This document shows, piece by piece, positions 10,248 through 23,800 of a stretch of DNA of 64,000 bases. A model generated the notes under the pieces. That model saw nothing but the letters and a program-made list of their open reading frames with translations. It ran no database searches and was not told where the DNA came from. The position numbers and the translations under genes were made by a program. How positions within the stretch are numbered: the stretch's first letter is position 1; each line of letters starts with the position of its first letter. Location of the stretch: NCBI GenBank assembly GCA_036172245.1, contig JAYWIR010000014.1, positions 3,844,001-3,908,000 on the forward strand, in the 5' to 3' direction. This DNA comes from Raillietiella orientalis (Eukaryota).

Positions 10248-13200
10248 GTGAGCCATGACTGCGTTCTCCCCGACAGATACGGGATAGTTTCCAGGAAACA
10301 ACCGCTGTGCGCGCCCGCCCGCCCGCTCTGTGCTGTGTCTTCACGCACGTGCGGTGTGCGCACCCTTCGCGACGGGAAGGTTCGCTCTCCCCCCCCCTCC
10401 CCCCCAGCCAAGGCGCCAACGACTCTGATCCGTTGCGCGGAAAGGGGAGCTAGGATCTCGCGGAGCCTCTGCCTCATCAGCAGCAGAGGATCACCAGCCT
10501 TGTGCAACTGACCAGCTGAGCTTTCCCAATGCCCTCCCTAGACTTTCATTACGCATTCACGGTCACATCTGCGGGCGAAAGTCCTCCGTTCGCCGGGAGT
10601 TCCCCGCGCACGTGCGCACTTTTGGTTTCCAGATGGTTGCAAAAGAAAGGTACTGGACTGGAACCGGATGACCGATCTGTAGCAATTCCGAGGAGAGGGG
10701 CAAGATGAGCCTTTTCGGAGCTCGCCGAAGGGGGGCTCTCGGCTCGTGGGCGATTCCGGCGTAGCGGGGGCAGCGAGTCTGCCCCCGACCCACATGCCAG
10801 CAGCTTCCAGCGCTCCCCGAGAGTTCGGGCAGCAGCTGCTCCGCGGGCGCGGTGGTTCCGGAAAAGAAAGTCGCCTCTTGCCTTTCCTCTCTTTTTTCTC
10901 CCCCCGTTCGGAAAGGTCACCCGCCGGGCTCACTTCCGACGAGAAGAAAAGGAGGGACCTGGTGGGGGGCGAGAGGGGGCCAGAACGCGGCAGGGGAGAG
11001 GACCTGCGGCTCGGACCTACGGTGGCTGACACTGGGCGCGGCCTAACGCCTCCGGAACATGCGAGGGGAGAAACACTCGTGCTACTCGTCTCTGCTCGAA
11101 TTCCTGAAGGGGGGAGGTCGCGGTCAGGGAGCGCGAGAGAAGAGAGCGCGACTTCTCGCCTCTCTGGGAGCGGACCGTTTGAGGGGTCACTGACGCGAAG
11201 TTATCTCGAAAGGGGAAAACCTGAAGGTGGGGTTCCGACAGCCAGAGGCCTGCCGGTCGCTTCCCATTCATTCGGTTGCGCACGCTCAGCAGCCGCATCG
11301 GCTCTGATGGATGCGTCAGCCTCTCTAGTAAAAACCCCGCCTCCTCTCTAGCCCCTTTTGCGGAGGGCATCTTCCAGAGTGAAAGATGACCACGTAGCCA
11401 GCAAAAATCCACGCATCGAAAATCTCTCCTGAGAAGCGAAACAGCATCCCCGTAGGAACCGACTCTCCGTGAAGCGAGCGGTAGGATGCACCGCCATGGG
11501 GGCAGCAAGTAAACAGAATGGAGGGATTCCATGTACGTTCTGTAGGCTCCTGGTTTTGCTAAATGCTCAAGGACGGCTGATCCGACTGGTACAGACGTGG
11601 ACTGTTGCTCCGTTACCGTACATCCGGACTGGTGCGTTTGTACTTCTACAGATTGCGCTAGAACACACCTGTACAGTCCAGTTCCAAAGCTTAGGCGTGG
11701 ATTTGTGCATCCCTGCTCTTCTCATCCAGGCATGTGGGCATGTCATGCTCAAAAATCTATAATGAGATTTTGTACAAGCAGAAGCCCGTCAACAGGGCGC
11801 TGCTGAAATTTCGTGTGTGTGTTTGTGTAGGGATTTGTAGATTGCAGCGTTGTTTTCAAGGTCAACCACGAGATGATCCTTATTCCACGTCATCTCCCGT
11901 AAAATAATTTGGACGTTGTTGCCTTGAAACCTATACTGATGCAAATCGAATCATGCTGTCCGAACCTGAAGTAAACTTGGCATTCATGCAAGAGGAATAT
12001 TGATTCCTACGGCCCTCGAGGTTACAAAATGGCTCGCGCCTCGAGGATCTGCAAGTGTGTGCGCCTCTCTTGTGCTGTCGGGAGGAAGACCTCCTTGATG
12101 GCCGGCTAGCTGCCTTCCTTACCACAGCTACGCGGAAAGGACTAATTTCATAAGGCGCTAAATGGGAAGTAGAAGTAGAATATTCTTTTATCTATATTAA
12201 ACTCCAAATGTTTTGTACAACAATTACTTATTATTAATATATATTACCTTTTAATTAAGAATATAAAATCAATTTACCAGCTCTGCCAGAGTGCGCTGGA
12301 GCGAGATCTGGATTTCCTGTATCGAGACCTGGCCTCGAAATTTCCCTCCCTCGTTCATGCCGGGCCTCACGAGACCAAGCATCTCCGTAACAGCATCTCG
12401 GCTCACATGCTTTACTGCACGTCCTTTGGGCTTGATTATGGGGCAGCAAGAGGAAGCGTATAAAAAGTGAGATGGAAAGGGGTTCGCGTAGGAATTTCCT
12501 TCAGATTTGAATGAAATGGCTGAATGCTGTGAACCGGCAGGTGCTGTTGATTTTACAACCGGTCGCCGCAAACGGTCAGTTGGTTTGCGTTTATTCAGAG
12601 GGCAGCTTAACCTGCTTTGCAACCTGTTGCATCTTAAAGTGAACAAATTTCTGAACGAAAATCGTTTGCGGGTTGAAGAAAAGAGGCTCCTTCGGGCACT
12701 TTCGCCGATAGATCAAGGCCGAGCGATGAATAAGGTCATAAGGTATCCTTGAGATCGCTCAGAGTTCTGTGAACTCTGCTTCACGTGCTGCATGTTTCTG
12801 AATGCTTTCCCACATTAGGAGATTAATGCGAAAATCTTCGACGCCAAGGATTCCTCCGTTCCAGAGCTCCATGCGCGAATTTTTCCCATTTCGCAAAAAG
12901 AATTTCTACTTCTTCAAACGTTTCCGTAGGAATCGAAATCGTTTTGCTCTGGGAATACTAGCCTTTCTCATCAGATTTTCGCAGCTTTCTCCAGTAAAAG
13001 TTGCAGTTGCGAAACATGCCTCACAGGAACAAATTATGGCGACTAATTATCTGTTCGATTCTCATAGCATAGATGGTAAACTTCTTTAATTGCTTATCCA
13101 CTCAACTCAACGATGGAGTCTATGGCCGATGCATCTCATTCCAAGTGTTTCATAACTATGACCAGTTTGACTTGAAGTCGATAAAAATAGCATCATTACC

Positions 13201-13289
13201 TCCCGGAATGACTTCCGTTTCACATGTTGGAATGTCTTGAGGGGAACCTTATTTCAGATCCTACTACGTACAGGCTTGCATTTCTGAAT

Positions 13290-13685
13290 TCAGATCCTAA
13301 AAGGAAACGGCGGTATCCAGCCACACCGTGGAGCAAAATCGGAACAGAATTCTTCGACTTCCGATTGCCATGAATGTAGGACTTCATCGCGCGATGGAAT
13401 CGTTTGGAAGTCATCTGAGTCACTCGAGCCATCTTCCTGTGCGCGTAAACTCATTACTTTTGCCATAGTAGAAGACAAAACATCTGCTGTAATATAGACA
13501 TCTGTTGAGGAGGAACTTTTGTTTAGACAGTTCAATGAGGAACCAAAGATTCTCCTGTCAGTTGGTTTATTCTTAACTTCTCATCGACTTCCATACTTCA
13601 CGGTTGCCATCTCAAAGTTTCCCTGTCTGGATGGGATGGCACTAGCGCAACCATCTTCACTCACTTCCAGAGAAATGCATTTCAT
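13290..13685 (-). CDS. Candidate two-exon orphan gene (~117 aa, Ser/acidic-rich)
   Basis: Exons 13685-13597 and 13554-13290 joined by a 42-nt GT-AG intron give MKCISLEVSEDG...QEDGSSDSDDFQTIPSRDEVLHSWQSEVEEF...PFRI*. No family recognised. Confidence 0.25.
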
Positions 13686-16427
13686 TCAGTAAGAAAAGAA
13701 ATTTGCTAGTAACCTTGACACTGTCATTCATTCTAATCATCACCTGGTGGCCGATACCACAACTGATCTAAGAAAGCACAAAAGTATTCTGTAAGTGTTT
13801 TTTTTTTTTTTTAAAGCTGTAAAAATTCTTGTTCCATTCTTGATGAAAGACTTGAACTGCAAGCTGTTTTGTTCCCAATTCCTGATAGCCTTTGGATTCA
13901 GCTGCCTTGTACTCACCACCAACAGTGAACCATTGAGAAAAAAAAGCGAATGGGCAGGCAGCAGAATACAATGGAAAGAGAAGAATAGGGAAGCCTGAAG
14001 AATGAACAGCAAATCACTTATCCATGATGATAATGACGGACTCATTTTCCTCTTAAGAGAATTTACTCTCAGAACTCTCAGATTCAAAAGTCCAGAGGCG
14101 TGAGTAAATTATTCGATCCTATCGCACTCGCTGTGTCTTCCTTGGTCCTGTGACATCTTGGGCAGTCTTCCGAATTGCATGTTTGTGATAGGGAAATAAG
14201 GAAGGAAACACTACGCTGCTTCCGGTGTCTTGGACACTTTTTACTTTACCCGAGCCCAAGAACACACGCAAAACACTTTGACTGCGACCTGACAGATCGC
14301 TCGCTCGGTATATGGAGAGTGAAACGAAACTTCAGCGTTGCATTTCTTTCTCGCCATCCACAGCATGCGTGTTTGTGGATTCTGTAGACGCAACTTTCCC
14401 ATCGCCGTCTACTCCGCTGTTCCTTTTTGCCTTCTGGTGGTGCGACTTCCTGGGAAGAAAGAAAAGAAAAAAAATCCCGTGAAAGATTGCTACCCTCGTT
14501 GCATACCTCGTCTGGCTGATGAGACGTAAGAGGACCCTAAATTGACTCTCCACGTCAGCGTGCATAGTGCCTCGCCATCTTCAAGACTCTTCTTCATATG
14601 GATGGATAATTCTGCTTGCAAATGGAACCGACTTGACGAAACGAACTGAACCGTGAAAAGTTTCCAGCCTGTCCCATTTGAGCTCTTTCCGCAAGGAACT
14701 GACGTTCCTGCCTTCCCTTGTCATTCCAACAAACTATTTGGAAGTGACATAAAGCTGTCTCTTTAAAACCCGTTTTGTCCACGCACGCACAATTACGGGA
14801 ATAAAAATAACAGCGAGCTCCTGAACCCCACAGAATAAGCAACTAACTGTAGGTGTCCTCTTTGCTCGTTTCCATTCTTGTTTAAACCACGGGTTCTCTT
14901 TGTAAGCTTTATAGAGCAGAGATTGTAGATAAGTAGAGAATTCATGTTTGTCTCGGCTCGGGAAAAAAAAAAAAAAAAAAACCAGTAAGTCACGCACCAA
15001 ACATATACATGTATACATGGATGCGATTATTATGAGATCATAGAAACACGTTGTCACACTGTACCAGAAGGGTGTCAGAATCCTAGCGAGTATCCGTGGG
15101 AATATGACGTGAAATGAAGGTGAGCTGATAGGAAATGTCAAAACCAAGGGGGTAATTTTAAGAAAGGCAAGTTTCCTTGGAAAGTAGAGTCAGAGGTGAA
15201 ATCATCAACCTGGATAGACGACATAAAGGTCTGAATCCGAATAGAAGTGAAAATAGACGTGATCTGAAGGGAGAGAGAGACGATTTCAGGAAGTGATCTA
15301 TTTTTTCACGTGTGCGTTCGAAGGCAGAAACCGATGTGCCGAATTCGTGCCTCGATTGACCCAAGGAGTGAAAGAGTATGAATCAGTAGTATTTCCGGAC
15401 CGAGATGGCTATCGTCTTTTCAAAGGCACGAGGAGTTTACGAAGGAGCCAGCGTGGAAGCATGCCCACAAGAAAAAGAGGCTTTCGTCGATAGACGAGAT
15501 TTCGACTCCTTATCCTGCTTCCGCTACCTCACATTCCTAACAGTCCGTGGGAAGATTTTCAAGTTACCTCGAACGACCCTGCATCTTTTTACGGTCTCCA
15601 AAGATCCAAATTCAAGGTTTTTTTTCAAGGATCACGTTTCCGAAAATTCCGAGAAACGATATATGTTGAAACCACACTCCGGAGGCCTAATACTCACGAG
15701 GATGCAACTGTATCTGTTCTTCTAATAAGATAATTGCAATGAAACTGCGACTTAAAACAGCAAAAAATCAGCCACTTTTCAAAATTTCTGGATGGTGATT
15801 TTCAAGTCAGCAAATGATTATCTTTTGAAATGACTTGAAGGTTTTTACCGAATGGATTTAGCGATTCCTTGAGACTGTATGTTTACTACTCATAGAATGG
15901 GGAGTTTCTGAATGTTGAATTGGGATACGAATATTAAAAATGCTCATTACCTATAGAGAAATTCACCTTTTCCTTGGAAGTCCATCGATGCGCGCGGGAT
16001 GCCAAGTACTCAGGGAAACCTATAGTATGCCTGCACCTATTTCTTCATTCGATGCTATTACTAATGTCACTAATCGACACAAGTTTTGTTCTCTATTTCA
16101 GATATATTTTGCGGTTTCACTTTCCCACGATAACTATCATTAAAAGGAGAAGCTGCAGAAACTTAGGATCTCCTTGCTTGAATAAAAATCTTCATCTACA
16201 TTCACGCGCAGAAAAGGGGAGGAGGGGGAGCGCTTCTTAAGTAATTTTTTTAATTGCTTCGTTGACAAATGAGCAAAATACGGAAGAGTTCTGTTTTCCC
16301 GACTTGGAATACCAAGTACAGGATCATGGAATCAAATTAGATACACTTCAACCGTGAATTCCCGAACTATTGCTTGTGAATCATTTTCTTTTAGATTTTG
16401 GAGACGCTCGGGTACTTTACGCATTTG

Positions 16428-16467
16428 TATTCTATAGATGCTACATATTTACAGCATCTATAGAATA
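16428..16467. repeat. Perfect 15-bp inverted repeat with 10-nt loop
   Basis: TATTCTATAGATGCT (16428-16442) and AGCATCTATAGAATA (16453-16467). Confidence 0.85.
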
Positions 16468-19400
16468 TAGATGGTTATTGGTGGAATTCCTATTTGAAAT
16501 TATCACATTTCATCTTTTCCTGTAGACATCATTAGCATTTCAGAGCTGTTCTAAACACCGTATAAGTAATTTGACTTTGACCTCCGCAGTTTTTATTGCG
16601 TTCATTAATAAACCTTCTAAAAGTTGCAAACGATAGTTCCCGGTAAACAGAAGTATGCTGCGGGAGAAAAAAAACAGAAAATAAAAATTGCATCTAAGCA
16701 GATCAATCGAATGCATTCGTCGAAACAACAGCAGGCATTTTAGATTATGCCACTGTGGGCGACGAAGATGAAATTGCAAATATAGCAGCCGGTGATATCT
16801 GGAAACAAACTCTAGCAAGTGAAGAGACCAATTTTGATGATGTGGAATGTGTACTGTAGCACTTTTAAAATTAAAGATCCGTGTGAAATAGGAGGGAGAG
16901 GATACTGGATATCTGAATAGTTCGTTGGAAGAGAGCAGGCTGGCTTGATTTTTTTGGTCATCTCGATTAATGATTCGAGATTATTCGCGATTTTTTATAT
17001 TCGAGTTCCAGTAAAACAACTAATTCTAAATACGGTACTTTTCCTGGAAAAATGGTGGCAATATTTGTACGTACACGTTGTGTGTGCAACGTGCTTGTTG
17101 GTCAACGAAACCATGGATGGATACATCTAAGCACCGGCGAGCTATGCTTCCTTTTATGTAAGATTGGCTTCAAATGAGAGAAATGGAAAGATAGTGTGCC
17201 TCGTGGTGACTCTTACCTGCTTACTGACTATATGGCTAATGTCAAGACGTTTAAATGTTACATGATACAAGGAACGTATTTGGCTTCAGATAAGATCTTA
17301 GCAAAGGAAGAGGAACTCGTAGCAGCTGTAAATGTGGAGGCATATAAAAGAAAAGCAGCTCTGTGCTAATATTTGGGGAGACAGTCTTTATACATTGCAA
17401 AAATAATTTGTCACATTCACACTTGAACACATCACCATTAGGAGGTTAAAGTGCTCTTCAAGTATAATCAGAAGATTTGTGCCGTTTCGGTTTATTTGAA
17501 CGGAAAATGATCACTTCAGGGCTGCCATATATAGTTGGTTTTTGTTTTCTCGCTATTCTGTTCTGCTAATGCAGTATTTTCGATTTTTGTTTAGAAAACT
17601 TGGGCACAATAAAATATGACAGTTTTTATTTTCAGCTAAATAAATCTTTAGTTTAGAGCGCGCGTTCTTTTAGCAAAGTGGAGAAGACATGACATAAGTA
17701 TTTTCTATCAATTCGAAATGACCCTCATTTCAGGTTTTCCTGCGTTCCATGTTCAGAAGTCTGCTCATGGGAAAAACTTCAGATCGGTTTTCACTGCATC
17801 CCTTGATGCTTGTCTGCACTCAAAATAAGAATCCCCTCCAGCTTTGGCAAACGTTGTTGACGAGGGCAGTGGTAAGGCTGAAAATATGAGTGGCGTTTCC
17901 TCAGATGTGATGGTGCTCCCCATCCAGGTTTGTGATCTCATCGATCCATTTGATCTGAAGTGCACACTTGGAATCAAGTTTGGAACCGAAATGCCAATTT
18001 ACGACGATTTCCAAACATCGCCAGCACGTTACCAAGGCAATGAATGATTTGTATGGTACACGTGAGGTTAATGAAGCAGTTTTGTTTGTTTGTTTGTTTG
18101 TTTTTTACGGTTCTCACTTTTTTTATTTTTGGCATAACTGAGCAAACACAATAGCAAGTTTGAAGACTTCCAAAATGCATTTCTGTCATTCCATTCAAGT
18201 TATCTAATTCAGAGAGCAAAAAGAGCATGAAATTTTAAAATCATAGGTACTGATGCGCGTAACTTGCACTTGGAAATCCGATGGATGCTGATTATCTTAA
18301 ACAAACACGAACATTGAAAGAGAGTATTCTAAAATTCTGAGGATCATTCAAGTGTTGTAGTTATTGACAATTTGCAAGCAGTAATTAATAACGATTAATA
18401 ATTCTGTGCTATGTTTAAAATATCTAATCTTATATCAGAGCGATGGGCGATTTGTATTCATTGATTTCAATCCTTTCGTACTAATGAAGTAGGAGCAAAG
18501 AAGATTTTGGACCAAGCAATTAATTCAGGTGGCAGTTTTGGGTTTGTTTGAAGAAACCAGGTTATGAAATGTGTTATGATTGTGTTATGAAAACCATAGG
18601 AGCAGTTGAACTTCCATGTGAATTCAACTCCTCTTTCAATAAAACATTCGAAAACAAAGTGCCATGTTCATGCAATTGTGTGTAGACATGATTATAATGA
18701 TTTTGCACATGACGTGGTATCTTTACTTTCAGTTGGTCTTTTCATTGATACGTATTTTAAATATTAAAGCAAACTATTTTCATCTAGGGTATCAAAGATG
18801 TTGTTGCAAATGCCTTTTTTTTTTTTTGGAATCTGAAAATGGCAAATGAAAGTACTGTGGAAATATGACATCTGTGAAAGTTTCTTCTATCAGGGGTTAT
18901 TGAAATAATGCGAACATTATGAAACGAATACAATTAATAATTCTTGTACCTTGTGGGGTTGAACTCGGCTCATGTTTCATCAAGTTACACAAAGTTTGCA
19001 AAGCAAAACTATTTGGAATCAGTGTTATTTTGTACGACGAAGTAAAGCAGGACACTGATTCCGTTTATGCACTTTTTTTTCTTTTCTTTCTTTTTTTTAT
19101 AATTGGTATAGTAGTTGCATGCATTTCCTTGAGTAAGTCAATTTCGTGCTAATCGAGAAAGTTAGAAATTCACCTTCATGTAAATTGCACTGAGATCACT
19201 GACTCTTGCAAAGCTGCAAAGTGGAAAAATCCAAAGCAACAACTATTGGATATTAGAAATCTTCCGAAGGTCTGAAGAGAATCGGTAATTCGAGGCTCAT
19301 ATCTCATCCAAAAAGGAGGAAAAGCCATTTGCATTTCGATCAAGCTACTGATACATTCCACAATAACATCCAAATTCAGCAATCGTTAAAAATGTTCCTT

Positions 19401-20877
19401 TCGTTGTTTAATCGAATTTCCTGTGCGATTTATAAATTTCGTAGGAAGTGAATACGAAATCCTTAATTTGTTAATCTTCCGTATGGAATTTGTGACCCTC
19501 GAATAATTCAGCGAAATAATTCGTCAATTCTTCCAGCAACACGATTTCGAAGTTGAGAAGGAACAAGGCCTCAAAGAAAGACGTGTTCTATTTTTAGAAC
19601 GCTGCTGCATTATGCTAGAGTCAACCATCCTTAAGGGAATGAATTTCCAGATTTGGTATATTAGCAGGATTATTTCAGATTCTATAGATGACTTTACCAA
19701 TTTTGAAAAGCAATCAGATGCTATTTTCATATCATCCATTTCTCGCTCATACCACAACTTTTTTTTTAAAAAAAAAAATATATATCTATATATCTATTCA
19801 ACGGGTTCAACGAGATGAATCACGTTTTTTTTTTTTTTTTTTGGTTCCTCTCGTTGAAGCCGTTGAATATCAACTAATTGGTCAGCATGGCTGCTGAAAA
19901 TATGAAATGAACAGGCCCAATTCCTGGGTCCGACGACGATGTTCGTGGGCGATGTGAAAATAAAATTTCCAGCTCGAATTCGGAAGAACATTCGCTGAAG
20001 GGAAATCGATGCAAAGAAGTTCATTTATTTATTTATTAAGCTGTGTGTGCTTCGTGTTTGATGGAATCCCCTTTTTCTCGTTGCTTGATCCAGGAATTCA
20101 GCACCATGCCGATAAAAGAATGTTGCAAATTCCCTGCTGAAAAGCACTGTCATGCCTCTTGAAAGGGGAAGTGACTTCTCCTGCCTCCTGAATTTTTTTT
20201 GGATGTATTTCAAAAACTGCAGAATGTAGTTTGTACAAATTTGCGTGTGGCTGTGCTTCCTTTTGTTTATGGATGTTCATCCGTTTCAAAGTTGTGCTGC
20301 GTTGTCATAGAAATGACTAAACAGTGATGTTCTATGAAATCTCGATATGAATTGGACTTGTTTAAAATCGTGTTTCTTTAACGCCAACAAAATATCGAAA
20401 CAAAAGAATGCTCAAATATTCTTAACTAGTACGTATTTTCTTGTGAACACAAAATGTTCATTTTTTTCCGATATTCTAATTTAGTGTATGAGTTATTTGT
20501 CTGCCTGAAAACTACCGTGTGTGTGTGCCTGTGACCGATTTAGTAAGACCTCTAAATGACGCTTGCCTTTTGGTTCATTAAAAAAAAATCTTAGAGTATT
20601 TTATATTGTTATTAAAAAAAAAAAAAAAAAAACTTAAAATCGAAACAGTATTAAATTGCAACGGTTCCATTTTCATTTTGCGTGTGTTTCAAGATTCATT
20701 CTCCCTGTGTTTTTAGAATTTCATTTTCGCATCGCTGCAATAGGAATTTTAAAATTTCAGTCGGTGCTTTTAGATGGGCATAGTTTTTTAGAATCTTTTC
20801 CAACTTTCTCCTCGCAGATTGAATGAATTGATTGTTCAATAATTAATTGATCATTAAACCATCACAAATCTTTTTAG

Positions 20878-23800
20878 AACATACGGATACCTGCACAGTT
20901 GAACTGAATAGACAAAGCAATGATGCTCTGGGATTAATCATTGCAGGTACACCTATTTGATTTTTTTGAGTGAAGATGAAATTGAGTTTCTCCGTTTCGA
21001 TTAAAGCTTTCATAGAGGTTTTTAGTTACTACTTCCTTAAAATGTTTGCAACAAGCGAAGAATGGGCACGTTGAGATGTTTCATTTTTTCAAAATATTTC
21101 AAAGTACTATATAATGTATGCAATATTTGATGAATTACTTTAAGTATATTTTTCGGAAAGTTGTTTCAGACGTAGCCAAAGACAAATAGGAAAACAGGTG
21201 CATTTATTTTCCTTGATAATTACTATCAAAAAATTTTTGCTTCCATTCTAATCAAGCATCTAAAAACTTTCGTCACACATGAATTGCAGCCACTTGCGTT
21301 GTATGTGAGTTTTTCCTTCTGTATTTAGAGGGAAACTCACTGGCCGATTACTCGTCGATGTAATGTGAAAATCAGTAATTTTATCTTGATGGATGACGGT
21401 TCATATCAAAAGTCCATTTTAATAGAACGTCCACATGCAATTGCGTTATGATTCGCAGTTATGTGCCCGACATATCTCGTCATAATAAGTTGCTTCGTTT
21501 TTTTTTTTTGTTTTTTGCTGGAAACAGTGCTTCAGAAACTAGTGGTCCATATAGTCCATAACCCAAATAAATAAAAACCTCACTTCAACATCCGATTCTC
21601 ATGTTCGCAAAGAGTGTTGTGCCCTTTTTTCCCCTTCTTCATCCTCCTCCTTATACATACGCTGTACATAACACAGTCTTTCGTCTAAAACCTTGTCAAA
21701 ACAGGTACTTTCTGCGTCCTCAGCAAACCGACCACGTAGCTATTTATCCAATGCAACACTTGGAAGCTTGGAAGTCACGCTCGACCTATTTCACTACTGG
21801 TTTGCATTGCAGAAACCATCCTCGGGTTCCAAAAGTCACGCCTTTGCTTTTGACTCTTATTTGGTTTTTATTTTGCGAAACTTTCAGTACTTTTCATAAA
21901 ATGACAAGCGGTAGAAGGTATTCCCGTCACTGGGGTTATAAGTAATATTGTAACACATCGATATTCGTTTTTTTTTTCCCTTCTCTCTCTTTGCTGGGAT
22001 CACCAAAGCACTCCATGTGTAACAGAGTGAAAGCTGTATCCAGTGGCTCCTTATGGGAATAGAATGCGGAAAATGAATTCAAACGGAGCAAGCTGTTATT
22101 CTGATTCATGTAATCATTCCTGATTCTGTGGAACATCAGCGTCGTTTCTGTGATGTCCGCAAGTTTTATTCGTTTTGTAGTGGTATACTGTATGATGGAG
22201 AGAAAAATGAAAAAACACCGGAAGGGATATCAAAATGGAAAGAAATACCATATGCCAGAAAGCATCAGCGGCTTATGCTCATTGCTTTGCGCCATGAGAG
22301 TCGATTGCTATGAGAAATTAACGATACCGCAATTAACGTTGCTGAAATGAATGCTTGAACGTGTGCGTCATCTGCCTAAGCATCCGTCAAGTAATGAATG
22401 GTTAGCGAGAAAAATACCTAAGATATTGGAATTTCGAGGCCCCAAAGGCATTTCCAGGAATGATCCAGATACAGAGATTAAGAAACTTTCGTACTGTGTG
22501 TATTCGGGCAAGTTCTCCAAGATTCGTTTCGCTTTAGATTTGAGCACTTTTATTCAGGCAAAACAAGTTCTAGGTGTTCATGTTCGGATGAAATATGCAA
22601 ATAAAATAAAATAAAATAACGGTGAAAAAAAAAAAGACACGTATGCATAAACAGGATTGCTTTGATTTGCTGGTAGATGATGCAAATGCTAGTGTGAGGA
22701 TTTTGCTTCCTTTAGATGAATATTTTTGTAATTTTGATAAAGCAGATAGTAAGAATTCAGCGAAACTGTAGCCGTATTTAAATAAATCAGAAATTATAAA
22801 TGATGACGAATTTTTACTTTGGTACTTTTTCCGTTGCGTTTTCCGAGGAAAAAAAAAAAAAAAAAATTCTTATCACGATTTACATGCAGCGCGGTTTCAA
22901 TGTTTGCTTTCAAAACCTTAAAATAAGCATTTTAATGTTGAAATTAGACATCACCTGCAAAAGTAGTGAAATGTGAGAATATAGGCATATTTTTAACCGA
23001 TAGCTTTTATCAGCTCTTGCATGGTACTTATCCAGTCAAATCATTAGCAATCCACTGAGGGCAGTTGGATCTTTTGTTTGGGGCTGCCACACGAAATTCT
23101 CGTTTCCATTCCCCCAAATCAGAAAAGAAAAGCGCTGAAAACTTTTTGGAGGAAAATAAAATGGATTTATGTTAGCAGAACTTCAGAATCGAAGAGTTTG
23201 TGAATTTCCAAGTCTTCCAGATAATTGCGCAACAGATATTTTTCGCCACTTCGGAAATAAATTATCAAACGGAGTTTCGAGGTGCAAACCCAAGTTATTT
23301 AGCTATTCCAGTTGTATTTTTTTCAATCAAGTTTCTATTCCATCAAATCTGTAGAAAAACCTTGGCGGAATACCTATTAAACAGGTAAACGTTCTGGAGC
23401 TCTTTAATTGAAACGGAACTTTGCAAAATGAAAATTGAGAAATTAAACGCGACCTCAGTTCTATGAAGTTGGCAAATTGGTGAAAGTTCAACATAATACG
23501 AGGAACACTTTTCTGTTTATCTATTATTTCAATGGAAACTTCAGCACTCAGTTTTGCTGTGCTTTGCTCAGAGAAGCACTATCGTATCAATGCTAGCTGA
23601 AGATGCTGGCTTGCTGGAAATGGGAAGATACAGCATCGGATTATCTCAGTTGACCAAAAGGATCCGTAAGGAAACGGAACTGGAAGAATTAAAAGCAATC
23701 AACTGCTTCGAAATTGTGGCAGTGTAATTATTCCAAGGAGTGTAATCAATGAGCAGATGCGTTTTTAAGATTGAATCCACGCGTGCGTAATTTTTTAGCT

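Noticed and set aside
1..11350. Many long overlapping ORFs (up to 455 aa) on both strands
   Set aside because: Expected at ~70% GC; Arg/Gly/Pro-rich with no domains. Only the GMC exon segments are supported.
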